The notes under the pieces are model-generated. The model was not told where the DNA came from. It saw only the letters and a list, made by a program, of their open reading frames with translations, and ran no database searches. Shown here in pieces: positions 41,578-51,979 of a DNA stretch of 52,403 bases. This DNA comes from a candidate division WWE3 bacterium (GTDB taxonomy: Bacteria; Patescibacteriota; WWE3; UBA101185; UBA10185): assembly GCA_012798315.1 (NCBI GenBank), contig JAAZNL010000016.1, forward strand, positions 1-52,403, given 5' to 3'. Each line of letters starts with the position of its first letter. Positions within the stretch are counted from its first letter, which is position 1. A program made the position numbers and the translations under genes.

Positions 41578-42762
41578 TTAACAACCAGAAACTACATATT
41601 CATCTGATTTTATAACGGGCGGGTTACCTTTAATCTTATTTAATTTTTTAATAACCTCATAATGCAAGTATGGAACGCGATCCCTGTTAATCCAGGAAAA
41701 ATGATCAAACGGAGGCTGATACCAAATTGTAAAAGGAATAACTGCACGCACACGATCATCGGACAGCCAGACGTCTTTGTATGCGGTTTTAAAATATTCG
41801 GAAACAGTTTCAACAGATGGGTATGAACCATTATAATTTTCTCCTTCCGCGTGAGCCCAACCTGTCTCCGTTATAAATACTGGTAGTGTTTTTTTAACTC
41901 CCAAACTAGATGTTAGATACTCCAGCTCATCTTCGTAAGCTCTGATGCTCCAACGACCACGCGCTGTAGGGCTACCTGAAAAGTTGGGCTGGGGATAAGG
42001 GTGTGAAGCCCAGCCGTCTAATTTATCAAAAATTCCTGGAACTTCCTGGTTCATTTGATACATAAATTCCAATGCGTCTATATGTTTACCATCGCTGGGG
42101 GCACTTGTATTTAACGCACCGTTTAACATAAAATAATCCGGATTTTCACCTTTAAAAATTTCTATAGAATAATTTAAAACTTTCGCGTATTCAGCGGGAT
42201 CTGTTTTTCCATACCAAAAGGAACTATCGTTAGGTTCGTTATAAACACTTATATACCGATATTTTATTGGCCACAAAAAGCTATTTAGAAAATTGGCCGC
42301 TTCCTGAGTTTGTTTTTTGTATTTGTCCAAATTCACATCCCAAAGCTGTATTATGGGAATTAAGTGTTTATTTCTAAGTTGTTCAAATACGCGATTCCAT
42401 TTATCGTAATCGCGATCCGCCATGTTGTAAGGAATTAAAACATAACCCCAATCACCGCCCGAAGAATTTACCAGATTTTGAGCGATTTCAAAAAAGCTTT
42501 CGTTTTCGGGATAAATATACATACCGTATTTGTTATTTGGCTCCCATAACGGGTAATCATGGGCATAATAATAGAACTCCAATACATTCTTTTGCGTGCA
42601 TACTTCGGCTTTAGCCGATGTAGTTGTCTGAGGAACCTCCTGCACGGCTCCGATTTTATCGTGTTTTTCAGCGTTGTCACGTACAAATGTAAAATAAAAC
42701 AATACCCCCAACAGCAGTATGTAAAACACCAGAGAACTGTAGAAAAAAAACTTCTTTTTCAC
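41578..42762 (-). CDS. Membrane-anchored clan GH-A glycoside hydrolase
   Basis: YNEPN acid/base and FITETGW nucleophile motifs. Confidence 0.82.
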   Translation of the reverse strand: MKKKFFFYSSLVFYILLLGVLFYFTFVRDNAEKHDKIGAVQEVPQTTTSAKAEVCTQKNVLEFYYYAHDYPLWEPNNKYGMYIYPENESFFEIAQNLVNSSGGDWGYVLIPYNMADRDYDKWNRVFEQLRNKHLIPIIQLWDVNLDKYKKQTQEAANFLNSFLWPIKYRYISVYNEPNDSSFWYGKTDPAEYAKVLNYSIEIFKGENPDYFMLNGALNTSAPSDGKHIDALEFMYQMNQEVPGIFDKLDGWASHPYPQPNFSGSPTARGRWSIRAYEDELEYLTSSLGVKKTLPVFITETGWAHAEGENYNGSYPSVETVSEYFKTAYKDVWLSDDRVRAVIPFTIWYQPPFDHFSWINRDRVPYLHYEVIKKLNKIKGNPPVIKSDEYVVSGC

Positions 42763-42801
42763 TAGCTTATTCTAACATTTACTATTATTATTGGGAGAGT
42801 T

Positions 42802-44040
42802 ATGAAACGTAAACTCGCAGGTGCTATTAAAATAATCATACTGATATTAATCTTTTTAAGCGCTCTATTTCTTTTTGTATATAACAGTAAAATAACGAAT
42901 ACTGGATTCCCGCGTAAAATATTAAGTCCAATGGGTAACTCTTTTAGCATTATGTCACTACTAAAATCCCGACATGTCCCGAAAAAAATTATATACGGAT
43001 ATTTGCCATATTGGTCTATTCCTGACACCAAATACATTCAGTTGGACAAACTCACGGACATAGCGTATTTCGGGGTTTATTTAAACGAAGACGGTACTTT
43101 TATGGATAAGCTTGAGGATAATACAGCCGAACCGGGTCTGCTTGCGTGGCACGAAAACGAAGCTCTTGACGAATTAGTAGCCAGAGCAAAAAGCGCCGGC
43201 GTAAGGGTATCGCTTACCGTCATATCTCATAACGACGAGGTATCGGACAAATTTTTGGACTGTAAAGAGTGCTGGGCAAACTTTATAACAAACGTTGAAA
43301 AAGAGATGGATTCAAAAAAGATTAGAGATTTAAATTTAAACTTTGAATATGTTGACTTTACTAAAAAAGAAACTGCCGCGAAATATTCAGAATTTGTATC
43401 GTTCACAAATACCGAATTAGATAAAAAATACGGTGGATCTTTAGTTGTAGTATCTACTTTTGCAGATTCCCTGGTAAAAGATAGGGTTACAGATATTAAT
43501 TCTCTTGGTAAGGTCGCCGACATGATTTTTATTATGGGATATGACTTTCACCGACCGGATTCTGACAAAGCTGGTCCGGTGGCGCCGATAGATGGAAAAG
43601 GGGTATATTCGGAATACGATGTCAGAACAATGTTAAATGATTATGTTGCGGTAATGCCGCCTAGCAAAATAATCCTGGGTGTACCTTATTACGGATATAA
43701 CTGGGTAGTAAAGCAGGGCGAACCTAACGCCGAACGGATACCCGGAGATGATGATATTGGTTATTCGCAATCACAAACATATGCCAAAATAATGGATACT
43801 ATTCTTGAAATTAAACCCGAGCTTAAGTGGGATGATTTGGGTAAATCCTCATATTTTACATATTTAAGCCCCGAAACAGGGTCTATTCGAGAAGTATACT
43901 TTGAAAACGATAAATCATTAGAAGTAAAGTACCAGTTAATAAACGAATACAACCTGGGGGGAGTGGGCATGTGGGCTATAGGTTACGATGGCGGATACCA
44001 AGAGTTGTGGGAATTATTGGCTAAGTACTTTATAAAGTAA
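42802..44040 (+). CDS. GH18 family protein
   Basis: GYLPYW, IMGYDF, LGVPYYG, GGVGMWAIG; catalytic motif reads DLNLNFE. Confidence 0.9.
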   Translation: MKRKLAGAIKIIILILIFLSALFLFVYNSKITNTGFPRKILSPMGNSFSIMSLLKSRHVPKKIIYGYLPYWSIPDTKYIQLDKLTDIAYFGVYLNEDGTFMDKLEDNTAEPGLLAWHENEALDELVARAKSAGVRVSLTVISHNDEVSDKFLDCKECWANFITNVEKEMDSKKIRDLNLNFEYVDFTKKETAAKYSEFVSFTNTELDKKYGGSLVVVSTFADSLVKDRVTDINSLGKVADMIFIMGYDFHRPDSDKAGPVAPIDGKGVYSEYDVRTMLNDYVAVMPPSKIILGVPYYGYNWVVKQGEPNAERIPGDDDIGYSQSQTYAKIMDTILEIKPELKWDDLGKSSYFTYLSPETGSIREVYFENDKSLEVKYQLINEYNLGGVGMWAIGYDGGYQELWELLAKYFIK

Positions 44041-44042
44041 TT

Positions 44043-44119
44043 TGGTGGGTCCATCAGGATTCGAACCTGAGACCTCTGCGATGTGAACACAGCGCTCTAA
44101 CCAACTGAGCTATGAACCC
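44043..44119 (-). tRNA. tRNA-Val (CAC)
   Basis: GGGTTCA...TGGACCC-ACCA, anticodon loop TTCACAT. Confidence 0.95.
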
Positions 44120-44148
44120 CTGCCAAATTTGTTAAGGAGATAATACTA

Positions 44149-44889
44149 TTAAACGATCTTTCTATAAAGGCTAAAATGCTCTACCAGCTCTGATCCCCTA
44201 AGACTAGTATACGCATAATACAATATCGGCGATCCAATTATATAATCAACAACCCACTGAAAATTGTTTTTTAAATAAAGGCTGGCTTCCTGGTTAAGTG
44301 AATTTACTGCCTGCCAAACTACCGGTACATTTAACAAACCAAGGCTCATTGCGAGCATGACAGCAAATACTGCCGATTGAATAAAGCGCAGTTTTCCGTG
44401 ATCTCTAGGATCAGAATTTTCCCGCTGTAAGGCGAACTTATATATAAGATTGGAAGAAGTCATTAGAAACCAGATAAAAAAGAACATACTTACAAAATGT
44501 ACGAGTATAAGAAAGATTGCTCCGTTAGAAAAATAGTTCAACAAACTAGAGTATGTCTGGACCGGGTGTTGTAAGTATCTGTACCCAAAAGGAGTGTATT
44601 TTAGTATGGTAGTAACAAAGATCATTACGAAGGTATGGCAGAAAACATAATATAACAATTCCAGGCGAACTTTTTGACTCAAACGCAACTTATGTAAATG
44701 GTTGTCGAATACAAACTTTCGGGACAAAAAGCTCATAAGCCAAAAAAAAGTAGAATATAGAAAAATCCTAATTCCTGTCTCTGAACCAGTTTTTATGATT
44801 TTTGCCATATTCTCTAAAAGGAGGACCATACCGGCGGCATACCCAATATATATAAGGATATTTTCAATCTTAATTAATAGCGGTTTCAC
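44149..44889 (-). CDS. Hypothetical multi-TM membrane protein
   Basis: 246-aa hydrophobic ORF. Confidence 0.7.
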   Translation of the reverse strand: MKPLLIKIENILIYIGYAAGMVLLLENMAKIIKTGSETGIRIFLYSTFFWLMSFLSRKFVFDNHLHKLRLSQKVRLELLYYVFCHTFVMIFVTTILKYTPFGYRYLQHPVQTYSSLLNYFSNGAIFLILVHFVSMFFFIWFLMTSSNLIYKFALQRENSDPRDHGKLRFIQSAVFAVMLAMSLGLLNVPVVWQAVNSLNQEASLYLKNNFQWVVDYIIGSPILYYAYTSLRGSELVEHFSLYRKIV

Positions 44890-44978
44890 TAAGTTAAGTG
44901 TAATACACTTGTTAACCTAACATCAATAGGGATCGGGCAAGTCTTGTTATAAAGCAAATCACAGCATAAAATACTTGT

Positions 44979-45527
44979 ATGAAATTTAAGGCATCATTGG
45001 CGATTTTGGGCGAATTCTTTGAAATAACGTGCATAATGGCCGCAGTTATAGTACTTTGTTATATTTTTGTAGGACAACTTTTGGAAGTATCCGGAGAATC
45101 CATGTTTCCTACTTTTAAGGATAAAGAGCAGTTGGTAGCTGAAAAACTGTCGTTAAGTTATAAACCACCTGTGAGAGGGGAGGTAGTTATCTTTGAGCAC
45201 CCAACACAAAAAGGCGAGTTAATAATAAAAAGGATTATCGGTATGCCGGGAGAAAGAATTACTATCAAAAACGGAGACGTGTACATCAATGACAACATAC
45301 TTGATGAGCCTTATCTTGCAGACGGAACTAAAACCGAGGGAAATATTACCATAAAAGATGATGCGGAATTTATAATTCCGGAGGATAATTATGTTCTCAT
45401 GGGCGACAACAGAGGAAAAAGCACCGATTCACGATATTGGGGAACTATAAATATCGATAATATGGTCGGAAGAGGATTATTTGTGTATTTTCCGCTTAAA
45501 AACTTTAGAATACTAATCGATAATTAG
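44979..45527 (+). CDS. lepB: Signal peptidase I
   Basis: [26 protein letters not shown]. Confidence 0.95.
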   Translation: MKFKASLAILGEFFEITCIMAAVIVLCYIFVGQLLEVSGESMFPTFKDKEQLVAEKLSLSYKPPVRGEVVIFEHPTQKGELIIKRIIGMPGERITIKNGDVYINDNILDEPYLADGTKTEGNITIKDDAEFIIPEDNYVLMGDNRGKSTDSRYWGTINIDNMVGRGLFVYFPLKNFRILIDN

Positions 45528-45784
45528 GCCTGAGGAACTACGTTTACTTTTTTCTTTTTTTTGGTTTCCCAAACGAACTCTACTACACCGTCAGCTAAAG
45601 CAAAAAGTGTAAAATCCTTGCCCATATCTACGTTTTTGCCCGGTATATATACGCGACCTCTTTGTCTAACTATTATTTGACCTGTTTTGATGAGAGATCC
45701 ACCGCCGATTTTTACGCCAAGACGCTTACCTGCGACATTACCGCCTTGTCCTGCTTTTGAACCTCCTGATTTTGTATGAGCCAT
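45524..45784 (-). CDS. rpmA: 50S ribosomal protein L27
   Basis: [22 protein letters not shown]. Confidence 0.97.
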   Translation of the reverse strand: MAHTKSGGSKAGQGGNVAGKRLGVKIGGGSLIKTGQIIVRQRGRVYIPGKNVDMGKDFTLFALADGVVEFVWETKKKKKVNVVPQA

Positions 45785-45810
45785 AGTTTATAAATAATAT
45801 TACTAAATAA

Positions 45811-46224
45811 CTACTTTTTTTCTTTTACTGTTTTAGTTTTAGATGCAACTTTTTTTACGGAAACCGCCGCGGATTTACTCGCGGGTTTTTCGTTTTTCTC
45901 TGCTTTTTCAACTTTTTCCTCTTTTTTAGCTTCACCAAGCTCCACAACCTTTAAAATCACAACTCCTTGTCTGTGTCCGTGATTCTTTTTGTAGCGGGAT
46001 TTTGCCTTAAATCTCTTAACTGAAACTTTTTTTCCCATTTTCTCTTCTACCAAATCGAGTTTGATGTGAAAGTCTTTAATCTCCGGAGTTCCTGTTTGGG
46101 TGGTTTTTCCGTCTGTGTACAACAAAACTACTGGATCTAAACCTGTATTCTCAGGAACCTGAATCAGGTCGTTTTCCTTTATATTAAACTGTTTTCCCCC
46201 AATAGAGATGATTGCATGTTTCAT
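45811..46224 (-). CDS. rplU: 50S ribosomal protein L21
   Basis: MKHAIISIGGKQF, GHRQ; ATG at 46224. Confidence 0.93.
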   Translation of the reverse strand: MKHAIISIGGKQFNIKENDLIQVPENTGLDPVVLLYTDGKTTQTGTPEIKDFHIKLDLVEEKMGKKVSVKRFKAKSRYKKNHGHRQGVVILKVVELGEAKKEEKVEKAEKNEKPASKSAAVSVKKVASKTKTVKEKK

Positions 46225-46273
46225 AAGCCGACTTATTATAAAGGTCGAAACCCCATTTAGCAAGATGCTGTTA

Positions 46274-46585
46274 TTAAAGGCCTAAAGCCGTCTCATCAAG
46301 CACGGCGAGCCCTTCTACAAGTTTAAAAGAGTCATCCCCCGCTATACGGTTTTTCTTTGTAATACCGCACTTTTCACACTTGTGTATCAGCATTTCTTCG
46401 CCATCGGGCTTTAGTACCTTCCCCAAAACGTACATTTTGCCTCCGCAAGAAGATTTTCTGTCGCCGGGAAAATTATCCACATGCACAGAACTCAAGCAAT
46501 AAGGGCAATGATTTCTGTGGTGAGTACCCGGCGCCGAAAAAGATACAGGACGCCCGCAATTAGAACAGATAAAACTTTTTTTCAT
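46274..46585 (-). CDS. RNHCP domain protein
   Basis: FICSNCG...RNHCPYCLSSVHVD..PGDR. Confidence 0.92.
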   Translation of the reverse strand: MKKSFICSNCGRPVSFSAPGTHHRNHCPYCLSSVHVDNFPGDRKSSCGGKMYVLGKVLKPDGEEMLIHKCEKCGITKKNRIAGDDSFKLVEGLAVLDETALGL

Positions 46586-46587
46586 AT

Positions 46588-47943
46588 TTACTGTTTAATA
46601 CCGGTGCCTAAGATGATCAATAAATCGTATTCTTCAGAATCAGACAAGCTGTCTTCTACTTTTAGAGTCCCATAGGCCTCTGCTAAATCAGTTTTAACCA
46701 AATCCTGGTAATTAACTTTTTCTTTCTTAAAGCGGAGAATTGTCGACTCGGTGGTGGAATCCGCGGTGCCAATAGAAGCCACTTTATAGCTTTTAGCTTC
46801 TAAATTGGTTTGGGTTTTAGCCGCCATACCGTTAATACCGGAACCATTCTCAATACGCAGGGTAAGATCTGACTGTTTTAGTTCGGGAGTCTTGGGTTGC
46901 TCTACAACAGGCTCCGGGGCGGGTATGTCTTGTGTGCTTAACACATCGTTTTGACTGCCTGCGTCTGCCAAATTCCCCTCGTCTGTGCCCTTTTTACCCC
47001 CTATTATCCCTGTAACAAACAATACTATTAAAAGAACGGCTATTCCGACTCCTGAGATAGCGCCAACTTTAGCCAAAGAAACGGGTTTCTTTTCGACAGC
47101 AGGAAGCGGCAAAACGTTAAGCAAATTAACCCGGCATTCATCCAAGTCATCAGCGGCATCTATAACAAAATGGGCTAATAAGTTTGTCTCAAAGCCTTTG
47201 TAGTCTATCCCTTCGTCCATATTAAACTCTACAGCTCTAGTAACGAACCCATTTTCTATTTCCGGTACCTGGTAATTTAAGGAGTATATAAACTTTATTG
47301 GTTTATCTTTACGGTAAACGGACAATTCTTTTACGGTTTTTTCCAGATCGAATTTTTTGCCTTGAGTAGAGTATTTATCGGAGAAGAATATCCCGCCTAA
47401 TTCTGAAAGTGCTACGGTTTCATCTCCCTGTCCACCGGAAATAAAAATAGAAGCTTCTTTGGTGTTTACATATTTGGGCAAAACAGAAACCCAAGGTATA
47501 ACGGAAACCAAAGGAATTCTCAGCGCATCTGAAACCTGAATAAGTTGTTCTAAATATGTTTTTTTAACTCCAACAAACTGAAAAACAAAAGGGGCAATTT
47601 TTTCAAATCCAAAATACGCATCTTCTAAATTATATTCAGGAAATTTGGATTTCACTTCAGAAACTATGAGATCGTCCACTGCTTCCGCGTGTTTTGGGAT
47701 TGTAACGTAACGTAAAAAAACGTGCTCAGGTTCGGTTACAAACGAAATATCAGTGTTTTTCGAGGATGCGCCAATTTTGGCTATTAAATCTTTTATTACA
47801 TTTGATATGGCGTTTACATCTTTAATAGTTGAGTTATCTAAAATGTCAGGCGATACTTCTGCAGAAACGGAATTAAACCCCTCTTTCTCGATAGAAGAAA
47901 GTTTAATATGGTTGTAGGCCATTGAAACAACTAGATGACGCAT
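46588..47943 (-). CDS. Membrane protein with C-terminal LytR_C domain and possible PilM-like N-terminus
   Basis: IENGSGINGMA...DLLIILG C-terminal domain; one TM. Confidence 0.8.
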   Translation of the reverse strand: MRHLVVSMAYNHIKLSSIEKEGFNSVSAEVSPDILDNSTIKDVNAISNVIKDLIAKIGASSKNTDISFVTEPEHVFLRYVTIPKHAEAVDDLIVSEVKSKFPEYNLEDAYFGFEKIAPFVFQFVGVKKTYLEQLIQVSDALRIPLVSVIPWVSVLPKYVNTKEASIFISGGQGDETVALSELGGIFFSDKYSTQGKKFDLEKTVKELSVYRKDKPIKFIYSLNYQVPEIENGFVTRAVEFNMDEGIDYKGFETNLLAHFVIDAADDLDECRVNLLNVLPLPAVEKKPVSLAKVGAISGVGIAVLLIVLFVTGIIGGKKGTDEGNLADAGSQNDVLSTQDIPAPEPVVEQPKTPELKQSDLTLRIENGSGINGMAAKTQTNLEAKSYKVASIGTADSTTESTILRFKKEKVNYQDLVKTDLAEAYGTLKVEDSLSDSEEYDLLIILGTGIKQ

Positions 47944-47962
47944 ACAAGTATATTAACACAAA

Positions 47963-49030
47963 TTAGTGTTCGTCTCCTCCCTTTAACCAAATGTTTTGAA
48001 GTACGCCCAGCATAATAAGAGACACAATTAATGAACTGCCCCCGTGAGAAACAAAAGGCAATGTAATTCCTGTTACGGGTAAAAGACCTAAATTCATTCC
48101 GACATTAACCGTAAATTGAGTCATAAATACCGAAAAAATTCCGATAGCGAGGAGGCTCCCATAAGCGTCTTTTGTTTTTAAGGCAACATATAATATAGAG
48201 ATTAAAAATATTGAATATAACAAAATAAGCACTATTACTCCAACAAAACCCCACTCTTCCGAAAATGAAGCAAATATAAAATCCGTCCAATGAACAGGCA
48301 AAAAGTTCATTTGTGTTTGTGAACCGTGTGCGAATCCTTTCCCTAAAACGCCGCCCGAACCGATTGAAATAATAGACTGAATTACGTTATAACCATGACC
48401 AAGTACATCAAGCTGCGGATTTAAAAAAACCAACACACGAATTTTTTGATATTCTTTTAACGCGTGCCACAACGGAGATGAAAGCAAACCTCCGATAATA
48501 ATCATAAGTACAAAATACATTTTACTAACACCCGAAAAAAACAACACGCATAAAAGAGTAGAAGTTAAAATTATGGTTGTGCCCAAATCAGGCTGAAGAA
48601 AAACTAAAATAATAAGTGGCAAAGTAAACAATAATAATTTCAATAATTTTTTTAGATTATTTTTAAAATCAGAATTTTCGGAAATATAAGCGGCCATTGT
48701 AAAAATTAAACAGACTTTAGCCAGCTCCGATGGTTGAAAGGTTACAAAACCAATATCGAGCCAGCGGGCAGAACCAAGCTTGGATATTCCTAAAACCTGA
48801 ACAAAGATAAGGGATAATATACTGAAAGCCAAAAAATATTTCCAGAAACTTTTAGTTACAGAATAGTCAACAAAAACAGTTACAAAATACAATATCAAAC
48901 CTATAAACAAGAAAATTAACTGGGATTTCGCTTTGTCAGGCGAGGAAGCCAGCAAAGTTATAGCCCCCAGGCTAAACAACATCAGGGGTACGATAATTAA
49001 AGCGTAATTTATTTTATATAAAAGTTGCAT
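47963..49030 (-). CDS. rodA: SEDS family protein RodA/FtsW
   Basis: FQPSELAK, QPDLGT, TDFIF, GITLPFVSHGGSS. Confidence 0.9.
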   Translation of the reverse strand: MQLLYKINYALIIVPLMLFSLGAITLLASSPDKAKSQLIFLFIGLILYFVTVFVDYSVTKSFWKYFLAFSILSLIFVQVLGISKLGSARWLDIGFVTFQPSELAKVCLIFTMAAYISENSDFKNNLKKLLKLLLFTLPLIILVFLQPDLGTTIILTSTLLCVLFFSGVSKMYFVLMIIIGGLLSSPLWHALKEYQKIRVLVFLNPQLDVLGHGYNVIQSIISIGSGGVLGKGFAHGSQTQMNFLPVHWTDFIFASFSEEWGFVGVIVLILLYSIFLISILYVALKTKDAYGSLLAIGIFSVFMTQFTVNVGMNLGLLPVTGITLPFVSHGGSSLIVSLIMLGVLQNIWLKGGDEH

Positions 49031-51889
49031 TTAACCGATTTTATCTACTTTAAGAATGTCTCCGGCAATCAATTCGGCTGCGGATACTTTTGTTTTTATT
49101 TGGTCTCCAAATTTTATCATTAAGATCCCATTCTCTGGAGTATTTGGATAAGTTACACGTATATTGTCGCTTACGGTTAAATTAGCCTCTTTTCGAAGCT
49201 CCTGCACTTTTCTTATAAAATCTCGCATGTGTCCTTCAAGTTCAAGTTCTTCAGTTAGCTCAATGTTAAGTGCTACAGTTTTGGCTGTGTTGACCACATA
49301 ATTTTTTAAATCCAGATCAGTTGATTCAAAGTCTAATTGATCAATTTTTTTAATGTTGGTTTCATCTAGCACAATATCTGGAAAGTGAACTTTAGTTGCA
49401 CTGGCCATGGAAGCTAAAGGTTGACGAATACCAATTTTGGCTTGTGTGCGAAGCGCCAATAACTCTGAAACCACCTCCCTATCCGAAGACATATTTCTGA
49501 CTAAATCCTGATTTTTCTGTATACATTCAGCGTAATACTTTGGATATTCCTGTAAATGCACCGATTCATCGGCAGGTCGTAGATTTCGGTATATGGCTTC
49601 CGTAATAAACGGAATAATCGGAGATGCGGCCTGAGAGAAATCCAACAAAACCCTGTAAAGCGTATCTAAAGCAGCTTCTTCACCAGATGAAATTCTGGTT
49701 CGGGATCGGCGCACATACCAGCGGGAAAGGTCATCGACAAAAGTTTCTACATACTTTACTGCATCTGGAATTAGGTAAGTCTCCAAGTTATCAGCTATTC
49801 CCTTTATGGTTTCGTTTAATCTGGTCAAAATCCACACATCCATGGGGTTGGTAGAAGACGAAGTTATATCACCTTTGGGTTCCCAATTAAATTCTGCAGC
49901 ATAAATTAAGAAAAATTTGGCAGAATTCCACAATGGATTTACCACATTCTTAAGTTTGTTACTAAGTTCCTCGTTATCAAAATTGGCATTTTCACCAACC
50001 ATTAAGGGGCTTGCCATTAAATAAAGACGCAGGGCATCCCCACCTATTTTTTCCAAGACTTCTTTGGGATCAGTATAGTTGCCATAAGTTTTACTCATCT
50101 TTCTACCATCAGTACCGGACATTACACCTGTGGTAACTACATTCTTAAACGGATTCGTGTCGAATAAGGCTGTAGACATTACATGCATAACGTAAAACCA
50201 GGCTCTGACTTGAGCGATGTATTCAACCACATAATCTCCGGGAAAATTCTGTTCAAATTTTTGCTGATTTTCAAACGGATAATGTAATTGCGCGTAAGGC
50301 ATTGAACCCGACTCCATCCAACAATCCAACACTTCTGGAATTCTCTTGTAGATTTTGCCGTTTTTGTTAATTACTATTTCATCGATAAATGGACGGTGAA
50401 GATCGGTAACTTTGCTTCCTGACAGCTCTTCCAGTTCTTTAACTGAGCCAACAACAATAACATTGCCATCGTCGGCTTTCCAAATAGGCATTGGTGTGGC
50501 CCAAAAGCGACTTCGCGAAATTCCCCAGTCGGGGGCTTGCTGGACGCCAATACTGAAACGGCCCTCTTTTAAATGAGATGGAACCCAGTTAATTGGTTCG
50601 TTGTTTTTTAAAAGTTTTTCTTTCAGACTTTGAATGTTTATAAACCAGGAACTTTGGGCTCTTTGAATTAAAAGTGTGTTGCATCGATCGTGATAAGGAA
50701 CTCTGTGCAAAATTTTGGACTCTTCAAATAAAACACCTTTATTCTGCATGTCCTCGGTTATCAGTGGGTTTGCTTTTGAATAATATATTCCGGCAAACGG
50801 ATTTTCACCGGCGTCGCCCTGGACGAACTTTCCTTCATCGTCTATGGTCATCATTATGGTTAAACCGTAGTGACGACCCATTTCAGTGTCTATTTCACCA
50901 AATCCCGGAGCGGAATGAACAATTCCGGTTCCATCGTCCATGGTAACCATACCCTCATATTCATATACCTTAAATTCACCATCCTTTTTTGTAAAAAAGG
51001 TGTACGGAGGTTCATATTCCAAGCCTATTAAATCGGAACCTTTAATTTGCTCTACCGTCTTGTATTCGCGGTCGTGAAAAACAATTTGAACCCGGGGGGT
51101 AGCAACAATATATTTTTCTCCGGCATATTCCACAACCGAATAACTTTCATCGGATTTAATTACCAGAGCGCGATTTGAAGGAATTGTCCAAGGAGTAGTT
51201 GTCCAGGCAAGAATATTAACATTTTTAAATTTTCCTTCTGTAGAGACCTTAAATTTCACTGTGATCGCCGGATCTTCATACTCTTTGTAAGTATTGTCCA
51301 TAGCAATTTCAAAGTTGGAAACTGGGGTGCCACAGGTTGGGCAGTATAAAGATGTGCGAATGCCTTCGTAGATTAATCCTTTGTCATACAGCTGTTTAAA
51401 TGCCCAAATGACACTTTCCATGTAAGTAATATCTGTGGTTTTGTAGGCATGATCCATATCTACCCAGCGACCGATTTTGTCTATATACCACTTCCATTCT
51501 TCGGAAATTTCACTGGTATATTTGTAACATTCTTCCGTAAAACGCTTGAGGCCAAAATTCTCAATATCACGGCGATTTTTGATTCCCAGACGCTGCTGTA
51601 CTTTGTTTTCTACCGGCAAACCGTGAGCATCCCAACCCCACACACGTTCCACTTTTTTTCCTTTCATGGTCCAGTAACGTGGAATAACATCTTTGGCAAT
51701 TGACCCTAACAAGTGGCCGTAATGAGGCAAACCGGAAATAAAAGGAGGCCCATCGTAAAACACGTACCTATTGTCTGCAGAGCGTGTTTCAACAGATTTT
51801 TCGAAAATTTTTTTATCTTTCCAGTATTTTATGACCTCATCTTCCATTTGCTGGATAGACTTGTTTTCGGGTGCATTGAAATAAGACAT
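49031..51889 (-). CDS. ileS: Isoleucine--tRNA ligase (type 2)
   Basis: DGPPF..GLPHYGH, WTTTPWT, ISRSRFW, KMSKT; no C-terminal Zn finger. Confidence 0.96.
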   Translation of the reverse strand: MSYFNAPENKSIQQMEDEVIKYWKDKKIFEKSVETRSADNRYVFYDGPPFISGLPHYGHLLGSIAKDVIPRYWTMKGKKVERVWGWDAHGLPVENKVQQRLGIKNRRDIENFGLKRFTEECYKYTSEISEEWKWYIDKIGRWVDMDHAYKTTDITYMESVIWAFKQLYDKGLIYEGIRTSLYCPTCGTPVSNFEIAMDNTYKEYEDPAITVKFKVSTEGKFKNVNILAWTTTPWTIPSNRALVIKSDESYSVVEYAGEKYIVATPRVQIVFHDREYKTVEQIKGSDLIGLEYEPPYTFFTKKDGEFKVYEYEGMVTMDDGTGIVHSAPGFGEIDTEMGRHYGLTIMMTIDDEGKFVQGDAGENPFAGIYYSKANPLITEDMQNKGVLFEESKILHRVPYHDRCNTLLIQRAQSSWFINIQSLKEKLLKNNEPINWVPSHLKEGRFSIGVQQAPDWGISRSRFWATPMPIWKADDGNVIVVGSVKELEELSGSKVTDLHRPFIDEIVINKNGKIYKRIPEVLDCWMESGSMPYAQLHYPFENQQKFEQNFPGDYVVEYIAQVRAWFYVMHVMSTALFDTNPFKNVVTTGVMSGTDGRKMSKTYGNYTDPKEVLEKIGGDALRLYLMASPLMVGENANFDNEELSNKLKNVVNPLWNSAKFFLIYAAEFNWEPKGDITSSSTNPMDVWILTRLNETIKGIADNLETYLIPDAVKYVETFVDDLSRWYVRRSRTRISSGEEAALDTLYRVLLDFSQAASPIIPFITEAIYRNLRPADESVHLQEYPKYYAECIQKNQDLVRNMSSDREVVSELLALRTQAKIGIRQPLASMASATKVHFPDIVLDETNIKKIDQLDFESTDLDLKNYVVNTAKTVALNIELTEELELEGHMRDFIRKVQELRKEANLTVSDNIRVTYPNTPENGILMIKFGDQIKTKVSAAELIAGDILKVDKIG

Positions 51890-51979
51890 AACTGAAAGTG
51901 ATTTTAACAGATGGGACAGGGCATTTAAACTTGGTATTTTAAGCAGTGCGCGCTATTTAGAAAAGTGCAGCCTTTCCGG

